From positions 14,632,001-14,696,000 of the forward strand of contig CM060731.1 of the NCBI GenBank assembly GCA_030704615.1: a DNA stretch of 64,000 nt, in the 5' to 3' direction. Source of the stretch: Takakia lepidozioides. Lineage: Eukaryota > Plantae > Bryophyta. Shown here one piece after another: positions 26,657-38,269 of this stretch (position 1 is its first letter; every line of letters begins with the position of its first letter). Made by a program: the position numbers and the translations under genes. The notes under the pieces were generated by a model, which saw nothing but the letters and a program-made list of their open reading frames with translations, was not told where the DNA came from and did no database searches.

Positions 26657-28110
26657 CTACATCCACATTGACATGCTAGGAGATACTGTGAGAGTCAGTT
26701 GGGCTCTGAGTCCTGCCTCTGCCTCCCCTGTCTTTTCCGGGAGACGGGCTTTTAGTCCTGGCTCTGTCTCCATTGTCTTTTGCGGGAGACGGGCTCTTAG
26801 TCCTCGCTCTGTATCTTTTGTGGGACATGGGCTCTTTGTCCTCACTCTCTCTACCCTGTCTCTGGCGGGAGACGGGGACATTGGCGCCGGCTCGTTCCCT
26901 TCTACAGGTTTGAACCAGTCTTCTGTACTCCGAACAAGATTGTCGCCCACCTCCGTTGAGCTGGCCTCGCCACCCCTGCAGGGTGAAGGAGGATTACTCG
27001 ACGAATCCCCGTCCAGAATCACGACCTTGTGGACCACAACGTCTTGCGTGGTGTTCTCAAGTTCATCCAGTGACTGAGTTCTGAAGTCCTGAATCACATC
27101 AAGGTGTCCAGCCTCCTAAGGGTCTGCATTGTTTCCATCGTGGCCCTCGTTGTCCTCGTTACCTTCGATGCCCTCGTCCTCCTTCCTGTGTTCGGAATGT
27201 CCTCCTCCTTCTTCCAAATCTTCATCCTCATCATTGTCTCCGCCATCAACCTCATTAGTAACATTGTCATTCTCAATTTGAAGCTTCTTAAGATTCGCTT
27301 CAATTTTTCCTTTGCAAATTGTTTTTTGGGTTGAGTGGTTGATATCAAGCACTCAAATGTTTCTTGCCTGCAGATAAACCCAGTCAGTAAAATAGAGGAC
27401 GTGTTCGATCAAAAATGTAAAAAAATCGTATTTAAAATGCAAACAGGTGTGACACTTACATGAAGGGCGTACGTCAACATCACGCCCCCGAAGATGTTGA
27501 CAACGGACATCCCGTCTCAACAAAACAGGGAGGCCAAATAGTCGTAAGTGTCACCTCGTAGCTCATGATTATAAGTCTTGCAGTCTTCTTCAAAAGCTGG
27601 TGGCTTCCCAGAAAGCTTTTCAAGAATCGGCTGAATTGGCTCGATTAAGAGCACTGTCACGATGTGCTCGTCCGGATTCTGCATCTCCCCAGGTGTTGCT
27701 GGAAAAACGTAGTCCGCCATGGCATCCTCTCTATCCTCATAAGCTTTCTTGATGGAGGAGACATACTTAACAAAAGCGGCCGTGAGTGGTTTTGTCTCCA
27801 CGTTCATCTTAATTTTGCTTTTAATGTAATCCGTCCCCAGTTTGTCTTTAAATGTTGAGAACTCTGCCTTATTGAAGTGGTACTTTTTCTTCACTTCATG
27901 CCACTCGTCCTTAGTGTATGGTTCCGTGCACTGTTTGCTCCTCCGAGGCCACCCCAACACTTCCATAACATCGTCGACAATAAACCGGCGCATTTTCATG
28001 TCGTCTGTACTTGTTCATGGCTTGAATTGATTGGTCTTGTCCTTTGTAATCTCGCATGGTCCAGGATTTTTTGCGCAACTTTTATCAACTGCCATCTGTT
28101 CAATCCTTGC
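26657..28110 (-). pseudogene. 5'-truncated spliced TE-cargo pseudogene with an amino-MTase-like SAM-binding motif, an acidic tract and 45-bp coding repeats
   Basis: The frame continues across stops and intron 27459-27368: LASLFC*DGMSVVNIFGGVMLTYALH|ARNI*VLDINHSTQKTICKGKIE. It is followed by a D/E-rich segment and three GL(R/K)A(R/Q)L repeats with a 45-bp period. Confidence 0.6.
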
Positions 28111-29957
28111 AGCTTTGCGACACCAATTTGTCAGCCCTCGCAGGATTCAACCTGTTGCGAATCTTGTTGTGAACAAATGAATAACTGCTCCAATTGCATT
28201 CGCAAGATGAGGCAGAGCACACTTCTTTTTTGGATCCGGCATGTCCTCAAAAAGGTCACGGCGATCTAAGAAGCATTGGTACTCGGATATAACTCTCTCT
28301 GCATGGTTCGGCGAAGCCAGTCGCATGAGCACTCGCACGAGGCCGGTCTTGGCATCAGCGTCGTCTTGGAGCATGATATTGTCGAGCAAGAATGAATTGA
28401 GCAAAGCCCCCGCATAATGCAAGTCCGTTCGAACCATCGAACGACGGTCGTAAAATGCATCCTCAGCACTGTCTGCAAGTTCAGGTTCCAAGGAGGGATG
28501 ATGCCTCAAGGATTGGACGTGCTTCTCAAGATTTTGCATTAGTAACCATGTCTTGCCCATTACTGGTTGCTTTCCATCAAACTCCCGCAAGACGATTAAC
28601 ACCGGCTCAACCATATAACCAAATTTTTCACATTTCTTCCAGAAATCATCGCTGCGAATGCTATTTTGAACTTTTCGACTTTTGCCCAATGACTTGGCTT
28701 TTCTGGAGTCCCGCAATGTCTGTGTGTACGCATCCCATTGAGGATCGATGATGGTGTGCTCCAGACTGCTCTTCACCGTCACCAACCGATCCACCATCAA
28801 GAAGTTAGTGGCAAAATGAGTTTCGTCTGGATTGCGGAGGTTGTATTTGGGTTCGTGTCTCCTATATATTGCCAAAGGGATGTGGTGTGTGCGGATGAAC
28901 GATACAACAGCCTTCGCTCGCTTGACAAGTTGTTTCACCCACTGTTCTTTTTCCCAATATTCCAAAAGGAGATCAAGGTTATGAGCAGCACAACCTTGAT
29001 AGTACATATGGGGTTAACGTGCCAACAACATTTCTGCAGTGTTTCTTATGTTAGCGGCATTGTCTGTGCATATTTGCACAATTCTATCACTTCCGACCTG
29101 TTCGATGAAGTCCGTCAATAGTTGGCATTGATAACGTCCCTCCTTCTTCTCGCCGCTAGTGTCGACCGATCCCAAGAATTGTTCCCCAGCTGGACATACG
29201 AGCATGATATTGAACAATGGTCTGTTTGTGACAGAATTCCAACCATCGGCATATATAGTGCTTCCATATTTTCTGATACACTCGTCCGTCCTATCGTTGA
29301 CCTTTTGGGTAAGCTCGGTCATGACGTCTTCTAGCAATCTTGTGCGGAGATTGTGATAAGTCGGAGGCACATACATGGATCTGGACTCCGAGGTTGTTCT
29401 AACAGCAGAAACAAATGCCGGAAGCCTTGCCACATTAAATGGTATGTTGGCCTCGAAGAAAAACTGCGTCCATTTTTATCCAACTGTCTTTTCGTAGACA
29501 AGTTAAGACCTTCTTGCATGGATTGCTGCCGTAATCCTCTACTCCGTTGAAGTGTAGGGCTACAAAGATGTGTTGAAGCAGGTGTTGCTCCGGCACAACC
29601 CACTTGTCCAAGGACACCCGAAGCCTCACAAGAGTCGCCCTGGGTATCCTGACGGGAAGATGGAGTGTTCTGCTCAGAAGTCATGTCCAGATCCAAAGAC
29701 ATGGAATATTGCCTCCACACTGGGCAAAGTGGTTTTTTACCCGCATAGACGCTTTGGGGCATAAACCCACCTCAGCGCTCTTCACACCTTCATAGCCGAG
29801 GTGAGCGAGCAAGCAACCGATCCTTACGATAAGAAAGCTTTAATCCACATAGGTTGCACTCAACACTACCAGTGGCACTGTCAGTGTTCAGGATTGTCGT
29901 ATACCAAGGGCTCCAGTCATCCCTCATCTTCACCCAATATCCACTCCCCTGGGACCT
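28110..29957 (-). mobile_element. hAT-superfamily (DUF659-type) transposase pseudogene
   Basis: BED-like finger (ECNLCG...HLG), IYADGW, VQICTDNAAN, GCAAHNLDLLLE, TDLHYAGALLN, and a dimerisation-domain remnant CECNWSSYSFVHNKIRNRLNPARADKLV. Frameshifts and an internal deletion near 28210. Confidence 0.92.
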
Positions 29958-30349
29958 AGCGATGCAAACAACAAAAAACAGTCACATATAAATGAACGTG
30001 TTGTGAATGTAGAGTGCAATGCGATAGCCCAACACTTCTACACATGTCAGCAACCCAAGTGGGTCGATGTGGATTGTAATATTGAGCTTATACACAATCT
30101 GCTGAAGTGGTTTTCGTGGAAGTCACAATGGCAAAAGGTGCACACCCTCCTCCTGGACTACACTTCCGTTCAATGAAAGAGAATATCCAAAGCAACCTCA
30201 AGTGTTTGCGCCAAAAGAAGTGATGAGCTTGGTGACCTTCCTCCTTTATATATTATCCAAGAGGGATGAAAGTGAAATGAATAAATGACGAACCAATAGC
30301 GTCCCCCCAAAAAAGGCTGTACAACCATATTTGTTGTAATTTTGAAATT

Positions 30350-31500
30350 AAGCGACCGCTAATACTACGGTCCGTATTTTTATTTTTTATGAAAAACAAG
30401 CGACCGCCACTACTGCGGTTGCTTTTATTTCCTTTCATTTTGTGCAATATTGCGGACACTTCTATTTTGTATATTTTTAATTTAAGCGACCGCCAATCTT
30501 GCTTTTATTAAAAACAAATTTGAAGCGACCGCCAATATGGCGGTCGTTATTTCTTTTTCTATTTCAAAAAATAAAGCGACCGCCAGTGTGACCGCCAATC
30601 TTGCTTTTAAAAAAAAACAATTGAAGCGACCGCCAATACGGCGGTCGCTATTTCTTTTTTAATTTCGAAAAGCAAAGCGACCGCCATGATTGGCGGTCGC
30701 GTTCATTTTGTTAATTTTCAAAAATGTATTTGCGACCGTGCGACCGCCAATCTTGCTTTAAAAAAAAAACATTTGAAGCGATCGCCAATATGGCGGTCGC
30801 TATTTCTTTATCTAGTTCGAAAAATAAGGCGACCGCCAGTGCGACCGCCAATCTTGCTTTAAAATAAATAAAAAATGAAGCGACCACCAATACGGCGATC
30901 GCTATTTCTTTTTTAATTTCGAAAAACAAAGCGACCGCCATAATTGGCGGTCACGTTCTTTTTGTTAATTTTCAAAAATGTATTTGCCACCGTGCGACCG
31001 CCAATATGGCAGTCGCTTGTTTTCTTTTTTAAATTAGACGACCGCCAATACGACCGCCAATCTTGTTTTTTTAAAACAATAAATTGAAGCAACCGCCAGC
31101 ATAGCGGTCGCTATTTATTTTTTAAATTCGAAAAATAAGGCGACTGCCAGTGCGACCGCCAATCTTGCTTTTAAAAAAAAAAACATTTGAAGCGACCGCC
31201 AATATGGCGGTCGCTATTTCTTTTTCTATTTCAAAAGTAAGGCGACCGCCAATCTTGCTTTTAAAAAAAAAACATTTGAAACGATCGCCAATATGGCGGT
31301 CGCTATTTCTTTATCTAGTTCGAAAAATAAGGCGACCGCCAGTGCGACCGCCAATCTTGCTTTAAAATAAATAAAAATTGAAGCGACCGCCAATACGACG
31401 GTCACTATTTCTTTTTTAATTTCGAAAAACAAAGCGAATTGGCGGTCGTGTTCATTTTGTTAATTTTCAAAATGTATTTGCCACCGCCACCGTGTCGGCG
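30350..31500. repeat. Array of palindromic GCGACCGCC-N5/6-GGCGGTCGC units with A/T-tract spacers (TE subterminal-type repeat)
   Basis: Dozens of GCGACCGCC and GGCGGTCGC copies with higher-order duplication. Confidence 0.9.
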
Positions 31501-31573
31501 ACGTGGCTGCTTAAGTGGCAGTATTTTTACCAGAATATTCCCCGAACCTGACGTGACGGAGGTCCCGTCAGCG

Positions 31574-33103
31574 TCAGGACTGACGTGACCTGACGCTGAC
31601 TGACAGACGTGATGCTGATAACCGGGCTTTCAGTGCTTTGTCCTTGATAATCACTATCTTTTGTGATGGAATAACATCCCGGGTTTCTTTGAGATGCTGA
31701 ATCCACAGTTTCATGCGGTGAACAGAGGAGACGTCCCACACAACTGGAGTCCCAATCGCCTCCTTCAATGTGTCAGCATCCATGTGTCGATAAGGCAGAG
31801 GACATGAGCCGAATGCGTCATCACAAAAGATCAGGGTAACTGAAATGGTAGACGAACTCAAGTGGTGTCCGTGGCAAGTTCCTTCCCCAGAGACATTCAG
31901 GCAATCTCCTTAGGCAACCACAGACGGAGATCCAGGAAGCGACAAAAACACACTTTGGCCTACTTGGAACCCCATGAATTTAGTAAACTCCACTGGGTAG
32001 TGGAGATTCAATAAAATCGGATTACGGGAAGGAAGATTAACTGAAGGAAAGAACGTCGTGCCACCGAAAGGAAGAGTTGAAGAAGAACTTTTTTGACGGT
32101 TTTGAATGAGAAAAACAATATGATTTGATAAAGTAAAGTCAATGTTTGGATCTATCCCGAGACTGATGAAAGACAATTGGAATTGAAGTGAATATGAGGG
32201 CGGAGTATAGAACAATGTGACTACATCTATCTGAACTGTCAGAAGAAGTCACAAATGCCAACCTCCACTGGACAGTGGAGATTGGATGATATATGTTGAT
32301 GAAATCAACCACATGGATGAACAATGGATAATGAAGAGGCCCTCTGTAGATTCATGAGAAATTGATTCTAGGGATGGATGAATAATAATGTGGCGACTGC
32401 CCAATGGAGGTTTGGGAGTAACTTTAGACTAACAAAAACAAGTTTAGTTGGTGCACATGGAGAGTGCACAAAAAAATGAGTATCATATTATCCTACGTGA
32501 AAAATGTGTAGTTGACACCCAAGGCTAAGGAAGCAGAGAGAGTCTCAGAGGCTGTTTCAGAAGTACCCTATGGGCAGAGTGGTGCAGGACAGGCAAAGAG
32601 GTGCACGTTGTTAAGAGAGGTGCAGGATGTCCAGAGAGGTGCGCGAAAGAAAAGAAGCAAGTGAGAGGTTCGCAGTGGGAAGTTGGTGATGTGTGGAGTC
32701 GAACGTTATATAGAGGTGACAAGTAACTTTCATCTTGAATCGCTCCAATGGCAGTGTGGTATGCTTTCTCTCCCGGATCGATTGTGGCCACCGTGGATCA
32801 AGGCGGAATCAAACGGCTTATTTCAACTCGCGAAATCAAGGCTTCATTGAAAATGTGCACAATTTTTCATTTATTGACAACAACCATTTTCACATTAATT
32901 ATGGAACAACGATAACGGCCGCGATCAGACTGAATTCTATCGTAATTGTACGTTAGTAGGACTACATATCTGGCATCATTATCATGCGGCTCTGACAGCA
33001 GATTTTGGAATAAGCGTGAAAGATGCCGATTCTGACAAGTGGCCGGGAGAAATGAAGGCATGCGGCTAATCGCCACAACTAATTCTGGATTGCACATTAA
33101 CAA
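31574..33103 (-). pseudogene. Decayed TE-associated gene of unknown function
   Basis: ORF pieces 33103-32867 and 32791-32525 join in frame through stops (..VVVNK*KIVHIF..LIPP*STVATIDPGEK..). A further piece lies at 31861-31574. No family recognised. Confidence 0.4.
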
Positions 33104-33660
33104 TCGATCATTATAAGCTGGGAGGAATCCGGAGGTGAACCATAAAGCACTTTGAGATTTTTCTGTTTATATTTATCGTGCTATTGCAGTGAATAAAACA
33201 CTTGGGCAGGGCGGGGCATTACAGGCCGGCGCATTGCATTGGACAGCGAGGGCGGTGCATTACAAGTGTGCGGAATGCTCTGCTGTGCCTTGCTTGCTTG
33301 CACATGTTTAATGTAGGGATGGACCCCTAGTGTCGGGTATTCCTTGATAAATGGGCAGTCCCCCTGGCTCTGGACCTTAAATCGAGGAATGCCCAACATG
33401 AGGGGCAATCTACTATCCTTAAAGCCATATGTCACATGGCACTTGCGGGTGTTGTTAGGTAATATTGACGCCTGGCGGCTAATAGCCGAAAGTGATTGTA
33501 GACGGCTCATAAAGAGACAATGATTATACAGTGTGACGAATCCGTAGGTACAGCGCTATGTCCTCTGGCAGATTGCATTCGAAACGACTACCTAGCGTGC
33601 CACGTGGGTGGTCGCATGTGCGTTTGGGGCGTGGGTTGAGGTTTGGCGGCTTCAAATCTA

Positions 33661-33956
33661 CCGTACCTGCCTACGCTGTCCGACATTAATTTTTAAAAAA
33701 AAATGTTGTCGAAAAACAATAAATTTTGTCCTTCCTGTGCCGGAATTCCAGGATATTCGAACCCTAGACCAGCTCCTACAAACCCAAGCCCACTACCACT
33801 GTGCTACCCATCCACATGTGCTTAAAGACTACTTTTATTGTATATATACTGAAACTGCCGGAAATACAGAATTGTCGAAAAAGACTGCCCGACCTCTTTT
33901 TTAAGAAAAAATAACTATTCCGGCAGACGCACGACGAACTACATAGGCAAGTACGG
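33661..33956. mobile_element. MITE with TA target-site duplication (Tc1/mariner-pogo type)
   Basis: TA|CCGTACCTGCCTACG ... CATAGGCAAGTACGG|TA, a 15-bp TIR with 2 mismatches. Confidence 0.7.
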
Positions 33957-34867
33957 TATTTTAAGATTTTTGTAAGCGTGAGGGTTGCAGAGTTTGACCA
34001 ATGGCGTCATTACAGTCATTTCGTCTTTCTTTCATTCGTCTGTCCAAACGTGTGTGCATTCGTCTATCAATTTGGAACAAATTTTGAACTAATTTCATCT
34101 GTGTGGATGGACAATATTAATGTTAGTTTGCATGGATGGGGTAGAACATCCATTTGGGCCGCGCGACCGTTTGATTTCGGACAGAGGCAATGGTTTAGAT
34201 CATCCCTGAAGGTCATTTATAAGGGGTGCGCTCTTTGAGCCCGGCCTTTGGGCTTCCCATTTTCTACGCGTAAGCGCTGCGCGAGTGAGAGCTTGACAGT
34301 TGAGAGAGGAGAGCGTGAAAGAGAAGAGTTTTGGATTGCGTTTTGCAGCGACTGGACACTGGAGCGTGGAAAGAAAGAGAGCAGACTAGGCCAAGTGCAG
34401 AGAGAGGAAAGGTGAGAGAGTGAAATATGAGAAATTTGAAGAGTGGGGAGGAGAGACAGGATAATGGCAAGTGGAGATTGACGAGTGTAGAGGCGAGAGC
34501 ACAGGGCAATTACCGGCAGGCAGAGGTGCGGAAGAGAGTATCAAACGAAGGACTATGGTTGCAGGGACACCAAAATGGCCGGCACAAGCAGGTACAACAT
34601 TGAAAACTCCCTCTTTCGTCTTTTGTTTCATGTTTTGTGTTGGCCTATTCTCAATTCATATGGTCTGCTCTCGATTCATGTGGCATGTTCTCGATTCAAT
34701 TCATTTGGATCCTGCTTAATTCATTCTATGCTGCACTACACTGTCTGCAGTGCACTCTCATCTCTGCTTCAGTGCTTCAGTCCGTGCTTCAGTGCACATT
34801 AGGTTTATGTTTCATGGTCTGCTTCGTTGTCATCCAGTTACGCACTCTGATTATTTTTTCTATCAGT

Positions 34868-37800
34868 ATGAGAAAGAGGAGCTTAGGTGGGGAACCGGTG
34901 TCTGACGATGAGTATAAGACCGTCAGCTTAAAGTGGAGCAAGAGACGGTGTTCAGTAGACGTGATGGAAGCGGACCATCCAGATCAAGAACATGATGTTT
35001 GGAAACCAGATGAAAAATCCAGTTGGGGGTCTACCGAGCCGAACAAAGTGTTTGGGATTGACGAAAATGTGATTGTAGAATCCCCACGAAACGCAGCCGA
35101 ATCTCCTAACAATAGACCTCAAGACTACTCGACGGATACCCTGGCGGAAATAAGAGATAGCGTTCATGAAAACACTGATGTCTACGGGTCTCCTGCCTAC
35201 TCCCAAGATTAGCCGACATACACCCCTCCAGACTATTCCCCGGACACATTGGCGGCGATATGAGAGACCGTTTTTGGATTTCCCGCATCTCCGGGTTACT
35301 CGCCAGCATCTCCTGTATCCACCACAGGATCTGTAGGATATTACCCTCCAATCTTTTCCCTGGACACTGCAACGAGACAGGGAGTCCTGGAACTCCAAGA
35401 CGTCTCCAAATCTCCAAGATACTCCCCTATGTCTCCTGATAGTGTCACCGGATCCCCGAAATATACCCCTCCAGACTATTCGCCTAATACACTCAGGGAG
35501 ATCAGAGGAGCATTTTGTAGTTGTTGGGTATAACCTAGACTCGTCTGAATATAGTAGACGAAGTCTGCGCGAGAAGTCCCTAAGTATTTTGGAGGAATTA
35601 GGTTCCAAGATTTTATTTGTAGATTTGTCCTGTTTCAGGATGATATATTCAATGGCTCCTGAGCCTCATTTTCATTAAAGTTTCTTTCTACAACATCTGT
35701 ATAATAGGGAAGATTTCCCCTTTCATGTAGAAAGCCTCGTACAGACGAACCTCCACTGTCCAGTGGAGGTTCTTATATATGGAATGATGGATACTAAGAG
35801 AGATCTTGTTATTTGATTATCTAATGAATTTGTGTTTGGTTGTAACACAAGACATCCTACACCACCAAATTGCGTCCCGGGATTGATTGGAGATTTGTGG
35901 CACATTCATATGCCGGAAGTCCTCAAATTTCAAAACTGACCATACCACAATTTTTGAGTTGAACACAGAGGTGACAGATTGGGGCATCGTCCCTGTGGGT
36001 ACACCTCCTGATCACAATTTGTCTTTCATTACAGAAGTCGTGGAGTAATATGAGACGTAAAATACGCAGAAACTCTCGATATTGAGCTTGAATCTGAAGA
36101 GGAAAACCCGATGTTGGTTTTGTTCCTGAATGAGGATGCGAGAACCCCCAGGACGTCTGGTTTCAAAGTGGAGGTGGGTCGTCTGAACAAGTCATTGATG
36201 AGTGAATGCATTGGACTGGGTTTTAGATTTCTCGATGAGGGCTCAGTATTTACCGACGTAGGTTTGTCGAGGGCCTGGAGTAGAAGATTGCTTCATCGCG
36301 ACCGAAGCAATGGAAGCAAATGGACGTATCTAGGTTCTTCATCATTGGATGACAACACACCATCGTGGCCGCAAAGGTAATAGACTTCATTTCCACCCAG
36401 CCCTTGGGGCAGTGGAGGTTGGTGTTCCCACGAAATTGGATATGCCCTATCCATTTCAGCTCTCTCACCCATTTTACCTTAATTGTCGCAGGAACTTTTC
36501 GAGGATCTTGCCGACAGGGAACTGAAGAAATACTACCGGGAGTGGCCTGCGAAGATTGAATGGTCTACCGATGAACTAAAGCTCATGAAGCTGTCAAAGC
36601 TCCTCAACGATCCCAATAAGGCGCAAAAGTTTGATACAACAATGCCGGAGAAAGTTGCGTATGCGCGAATGTTATTCAACCTGAGGGGGAAGCCAAAGAA
36701 ATACAACGATCACACCACCAAGTCCAAGACGAAACAATGGAAGGTATGCATTTATGGAATGAAAATCTATTATTCACATTAATTTATGCTAAAGTATACT
36801 TCTATTGTCGGAGTGACACCTAATTTTTCCGTGGATGAATGTGCAGGAGTTCATGTTTGCCTGTCATTTGATACTTGAATTAAGGAGGCAATGGTTCTGG
36901 TACTTTGCGACGACGACGTTTGGAAGATCTGGGAAGATGTGTTCAAACACTGGGAGCATGGAAAGCTTCTCGACCCGCTTGGGATATAGTACAAGGGTGA
37001 ACAACAACAGCTCATTCCGAAGACTCTGCTTCTGAGGCTGATTCGATGAGTGACGATACTGAGCCTCAGAGAGAATTATTTGCCTCCGATAGTGAAGATG
37101 GATCCGATGATGCTCCCGAGAATACGTATGACCCGTTTACATTCATAGAGGAGGATACGTATATAGAACCGACCTTTGATGACCTTCTTGAAGAAATGCG
37201 TATCGCAGATGAAGGTGAAGCTGTAATTGTGTCATCCCCAGAACATGGTCCTCAAAATGAAGTTGGGGTCGACCCTCGCCCCCCACTACACGTTGAAGCC
37301 ACCGGTAGTACCCCAATGGAGCTTAGGGGTGATGTACTGCCAGGACCGATCGACGTACTCAACCCTGTTCATACAAATGATAGTGTCGAACCCATTGTAC
37401 AGTCGACGGGACGGGATCATGCCTCACCGATACGACCAGCTCCACCACAATGCCATAACCGATCCAGCTCCCCATCAACACAGTGGGCATTAAGGAGTAA
37501 TAGGGTTGATCTGTTTTCCACACGCATGCATCATTCTGCTACATTGGACCGGGCGGAAGTTGAAGCCTCGGATGATGACAACCTGTCACTACAATTCCAC
37601 CTTAACCGACGTGTTGCGCAGCAGACCCGTGGTTCCTCACATGTCGGACCATCTAATGTCGGTCCATCTCATGCAGTCCCCCCTCCAGTACCTCCTTCGA
37701 GACCACCTTCGATTGCGTCCCAAGTCCATAAACGACAGAGAACAGTCCAACCTTTTGTAGGCGATCGGCCCACAAACAGGCCAGATACCGTGGATGGTAT

Positions 37801-38065
37801 TTAAGACCAGAGCGGGAGTCGACCTCGGAGATAACTAAATGTGGTTCGAGGTCGCTTGCAGATTCAAAGACCTGGACATATGAGGTCGGATAGGGAAGAC
37901 GATTCCAGCACTGATCATGGCAACGGTGATGAAGTCCATCGGAGCATTAAGATTATGATCTTCTTCGTCCCGCCGTCGAAGCAGTGGAAGGAATTGAAGC
38001 AAAACAGCTGTAGGCATGCATCCGCACTTTTTAGTGGATATGTTTATATTTATGTACTGAAGTAA
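34868..38065 (+). pseudogene. Decayed multi-exon TE-associated gene(s) with Ser-Pro-Tyr CTD-like repeats and acidic/Pro-rich regions
   Basis: Read-through of 34868-35533 gives SPAYSQD*PTYTP, SPGYSPASP, SPRYSPMSP. Candidate introns 36378-36491 and ~36744-36847; acidic ORF 37046-37804. Confidence 0.55.
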
Positions 38066-38269
38066 TACCAATGTGATCATTGTCATTATGAGTATTTGTA
38101 TTGCTGTTGTGTATGTGTTGGAAAATAAATGATATTGCCCACGTGTATACCAGCCGAAATGTCGGCTAAAGGCACCGTCACTTGCTCATGTTTGTGTTTG
38201 GTGATTTGCTTGTGGAATGGAGAACAGTTGTGCCATGCTTCCAACTGTGCATTCATTTTTATTTAAATG

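Noticed and set aside
30350-31500. CRISPR-like appearance of palindromic repeats with spacers
   Set aside because: The spacers are A/T tracts that are themselves repeated, there are no cas genes, and the context is eukaryotic. TE subterminal repeats fit better.
34952-35608. 218-aa minus-strand ORF
   Set aside because: An Arg-rich antisense shadow of the Ser/Pro/Tyr repeat frame on the plus strand, with no recognisable motif.
21218-38065. Endogenous giant-virus origin for the cargo genes
   Set aside because: No capsid, polB, packaging ATPase or other viral hallmark is seen, and the genes have spliceosomal introns next to a hAT transposase.
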